In this document: positions 62,801 to 64,000 of the stretch, piece after piece
Layout: every line of letters begins with the position of its first letter
Numbering within the stretch: position 1 is the stretch's first letter
Assembly (NCBI GenBank): GCA_963799485.1
Contig: CAWCXJ010000004.1
Span: forward strand, 64,001 to 128,000
Source of the DNA: an uncultured Trueperaceae bacterium
GTDB taxonomy: Bacteria; Deinococcota; Deinococci; Deinococcales; Trueperaceae
Length of the DNA: 64,000 nucleotides
Direction: 5' to 3'
Translations under genes and position numbers: made by a program
Notes under the pieces: model-generated
Told to the model about the DNA's origin: nothing
The model's database searches: none
What the model saw: the letters and a program-made list of their open reading frames with translations, nothing else

Positions 62801-63973
62801 TCAGCGTATCCCTTCGCCTATCAGTGTGGGGTCGGGCTGACGCGTTTCAGCGTAATGCACGATATAACGCCCCATACGCCGGGTCATATCGGGAAAATCG
62901 AAAAGCCGTGCACGCGCCGCGACCGCCGCTAGACGTTCGGGATGACGGTAATAGCTTGTAACCGCTTGCTTAAGTGCCGCCGGGGTCGGCACATACGCGC
63001 CGAGGTCGTGCGTTTCCAAAAAGTGGAGCATCTGGTTTTCTACGCCACCCGAGCGGCTGGACGCCAGCACCGGACGACCTACCGCCAGGCTCTCGAATAC
63101 TGCCGCCGGCCCGGTTTTACCGATGACCAGATCGCTCGCCGCCACAAAGTCGGCCATGTTGTCGATAAACCCTTCGACGTGCAAAAGGGGATCGTTGGTT
63201 GTCAACGCGCCGAGGCTACGCTGCAACTCGGTGTTGCGTCCGGCAACGACGACGACCTGAACCGGGAACGTAAGCTGCCGCAACGTCTGCACGAGTTCGT
63301 GGGGTTGTCCGCCCGTCCCCTCGCCGCCGAGCGAGATAAGGCAGGTAAAACAGTCCGTGAGGCCGAGTTTTTCTCTCGTACAGGCGCGGTCGTAAGGGCG
63401 TAAAAATGCCTGTTTGACCGGGTAGCCTACGACGTCGATCTTGTCGCGGTTGACGCCTAAACGCACCAGAATCTCTTTGGCTACAGGCGAACCCAGAACG
63501 AAACGCTCCGCCTGCGGCTCGGCCCAGAGCGCGGTCGCGTCGAGCGTCGAGGTCTGAAAGGTCAAGACGGGAACCTCGAGTCCGAAGCGGCGCTGGCTTA
63601 AGGTCAAGGCCGTCGTAAGCCAGCCGTGATTGGCGACGATAAGTTTGGGAGGCCGCTCTTTTAAGCGTGCAGCGGCTCGCCTGGCGAAGGTGTAGAGCAT
63701 GAGGCGGTGTGCGTTGACCGTTAAGCGCGGCATACTGTCGATCAACTTCTGTCCCCAGGTAATCGTCCAGGGCCGCGCGAGCGCCCCTTTCCACGAGCGT
63801 TTGTGCCGGGCGTCGAAGCGCTCGAACCCGAAATCTTTCATAAGGTCGGATATCTCGAGGGTGTACCGACCCGCGTAGTCCGCTGCTACTGCCTGCGCCA
63901 TCGCCTCAGCCGACGAGACGTGCGAACCACCCGCCGCAATCGTAGCGAAAAGAATCAGAGGTTTTTCCGGCAC
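62801..63973 (-). CDS. MGDG-synthase/UgtP-like (GT28) glycosyltransferase
   Basis: AGGSHVSSAEA, GYPV, LGGEG, VAGRN, GFIDNM, DLVIGKTGP. Confidence 0.85.
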   Translation of the reverse strand: MPEKPLILFATIAAGGSHVSSAEAMAQAVAADYAGRYTLEISDLMKDFGFERFDARHKRSWKGALARPWTITWGQKLIDSMPRLTVNAHRLMLYTFARRAAARLKERPPKLIVANHGWLTTALTLSQRRFGLEVPVLTFQTSTLDATALWAEPQAERFVLGSPVAKEILVRLGVNRDKIDVVGYPVKQAFLRPYDRACTREKLGLTDCFTCLISLGGEGTGGQPHELVQTLRQLTFPVQVVVVAGRNTELQRSLGALTTNDPLLHVEGFIDNMADFVAASDLVIGKTGPAAVFESLAVGRPVLASSRSGGVENQMLHFLETHDLGAYVPTPAALKQAVTSYYRHPERLAAVAARARLFDFPDMTRRMGRYIVHYAETRQPDPTLIGEGIR

Positions 63974-64000
63974 ACTTAAGCTCCTTAATCTAACTGACCT

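Overview
A 64 kb GC-rich chromosomal window, most likely from a Deinococcota bacterium (Truepera-like). The basis is the large lineage-type insertion in RpoC, a type IB topoisomerase and many leaderless -10/ATG arrangements; taxonomy is inference. Layout: 1-12.2 kb is the core tuf-rpmG-secE-nusG-rplKAJL-rpoBC cluster. 12.3-36 kb is mixed housekeeping and accessory genes (carD, hsp20, ABC transporter, psuG, hflX, frameshifted pncB, thiolase, selU-selD, pilT-family ATPase, topo IB) with several broken genes and a 175-bp MITE. 36.4-47.6 kb is a defence island (SNF2 helicase - antitoxin - PIN toxin - type III Mod - Res) next to a decayed integrase and two tRNA-Gln genes. 47.8-64 kb is mostly housekeeping (dxr, rseP, trmH, tRNA-Leu, cfa-like, jag-yidC-yidD-rnpA-rpmH, glycolipid genes). 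Best leads: (1) a PIN toxin-antitoxin pair embedded in, and translationally coupled to, the SNF2/type III R-M operon; (2) an orphan two-repeat CRISPR-like mini-array just beyond a TnpB/IS605 right-end remnant; (3) a structured hflX leader with an 8-codon uORF, a terminator-like hairpin and an apparent ATC start; (4) strong HIP-like enrichment of CTCGAG; (5) a heptamer-periodic palindromic repeat family. All calls come from reading the sequence; no searches were run.
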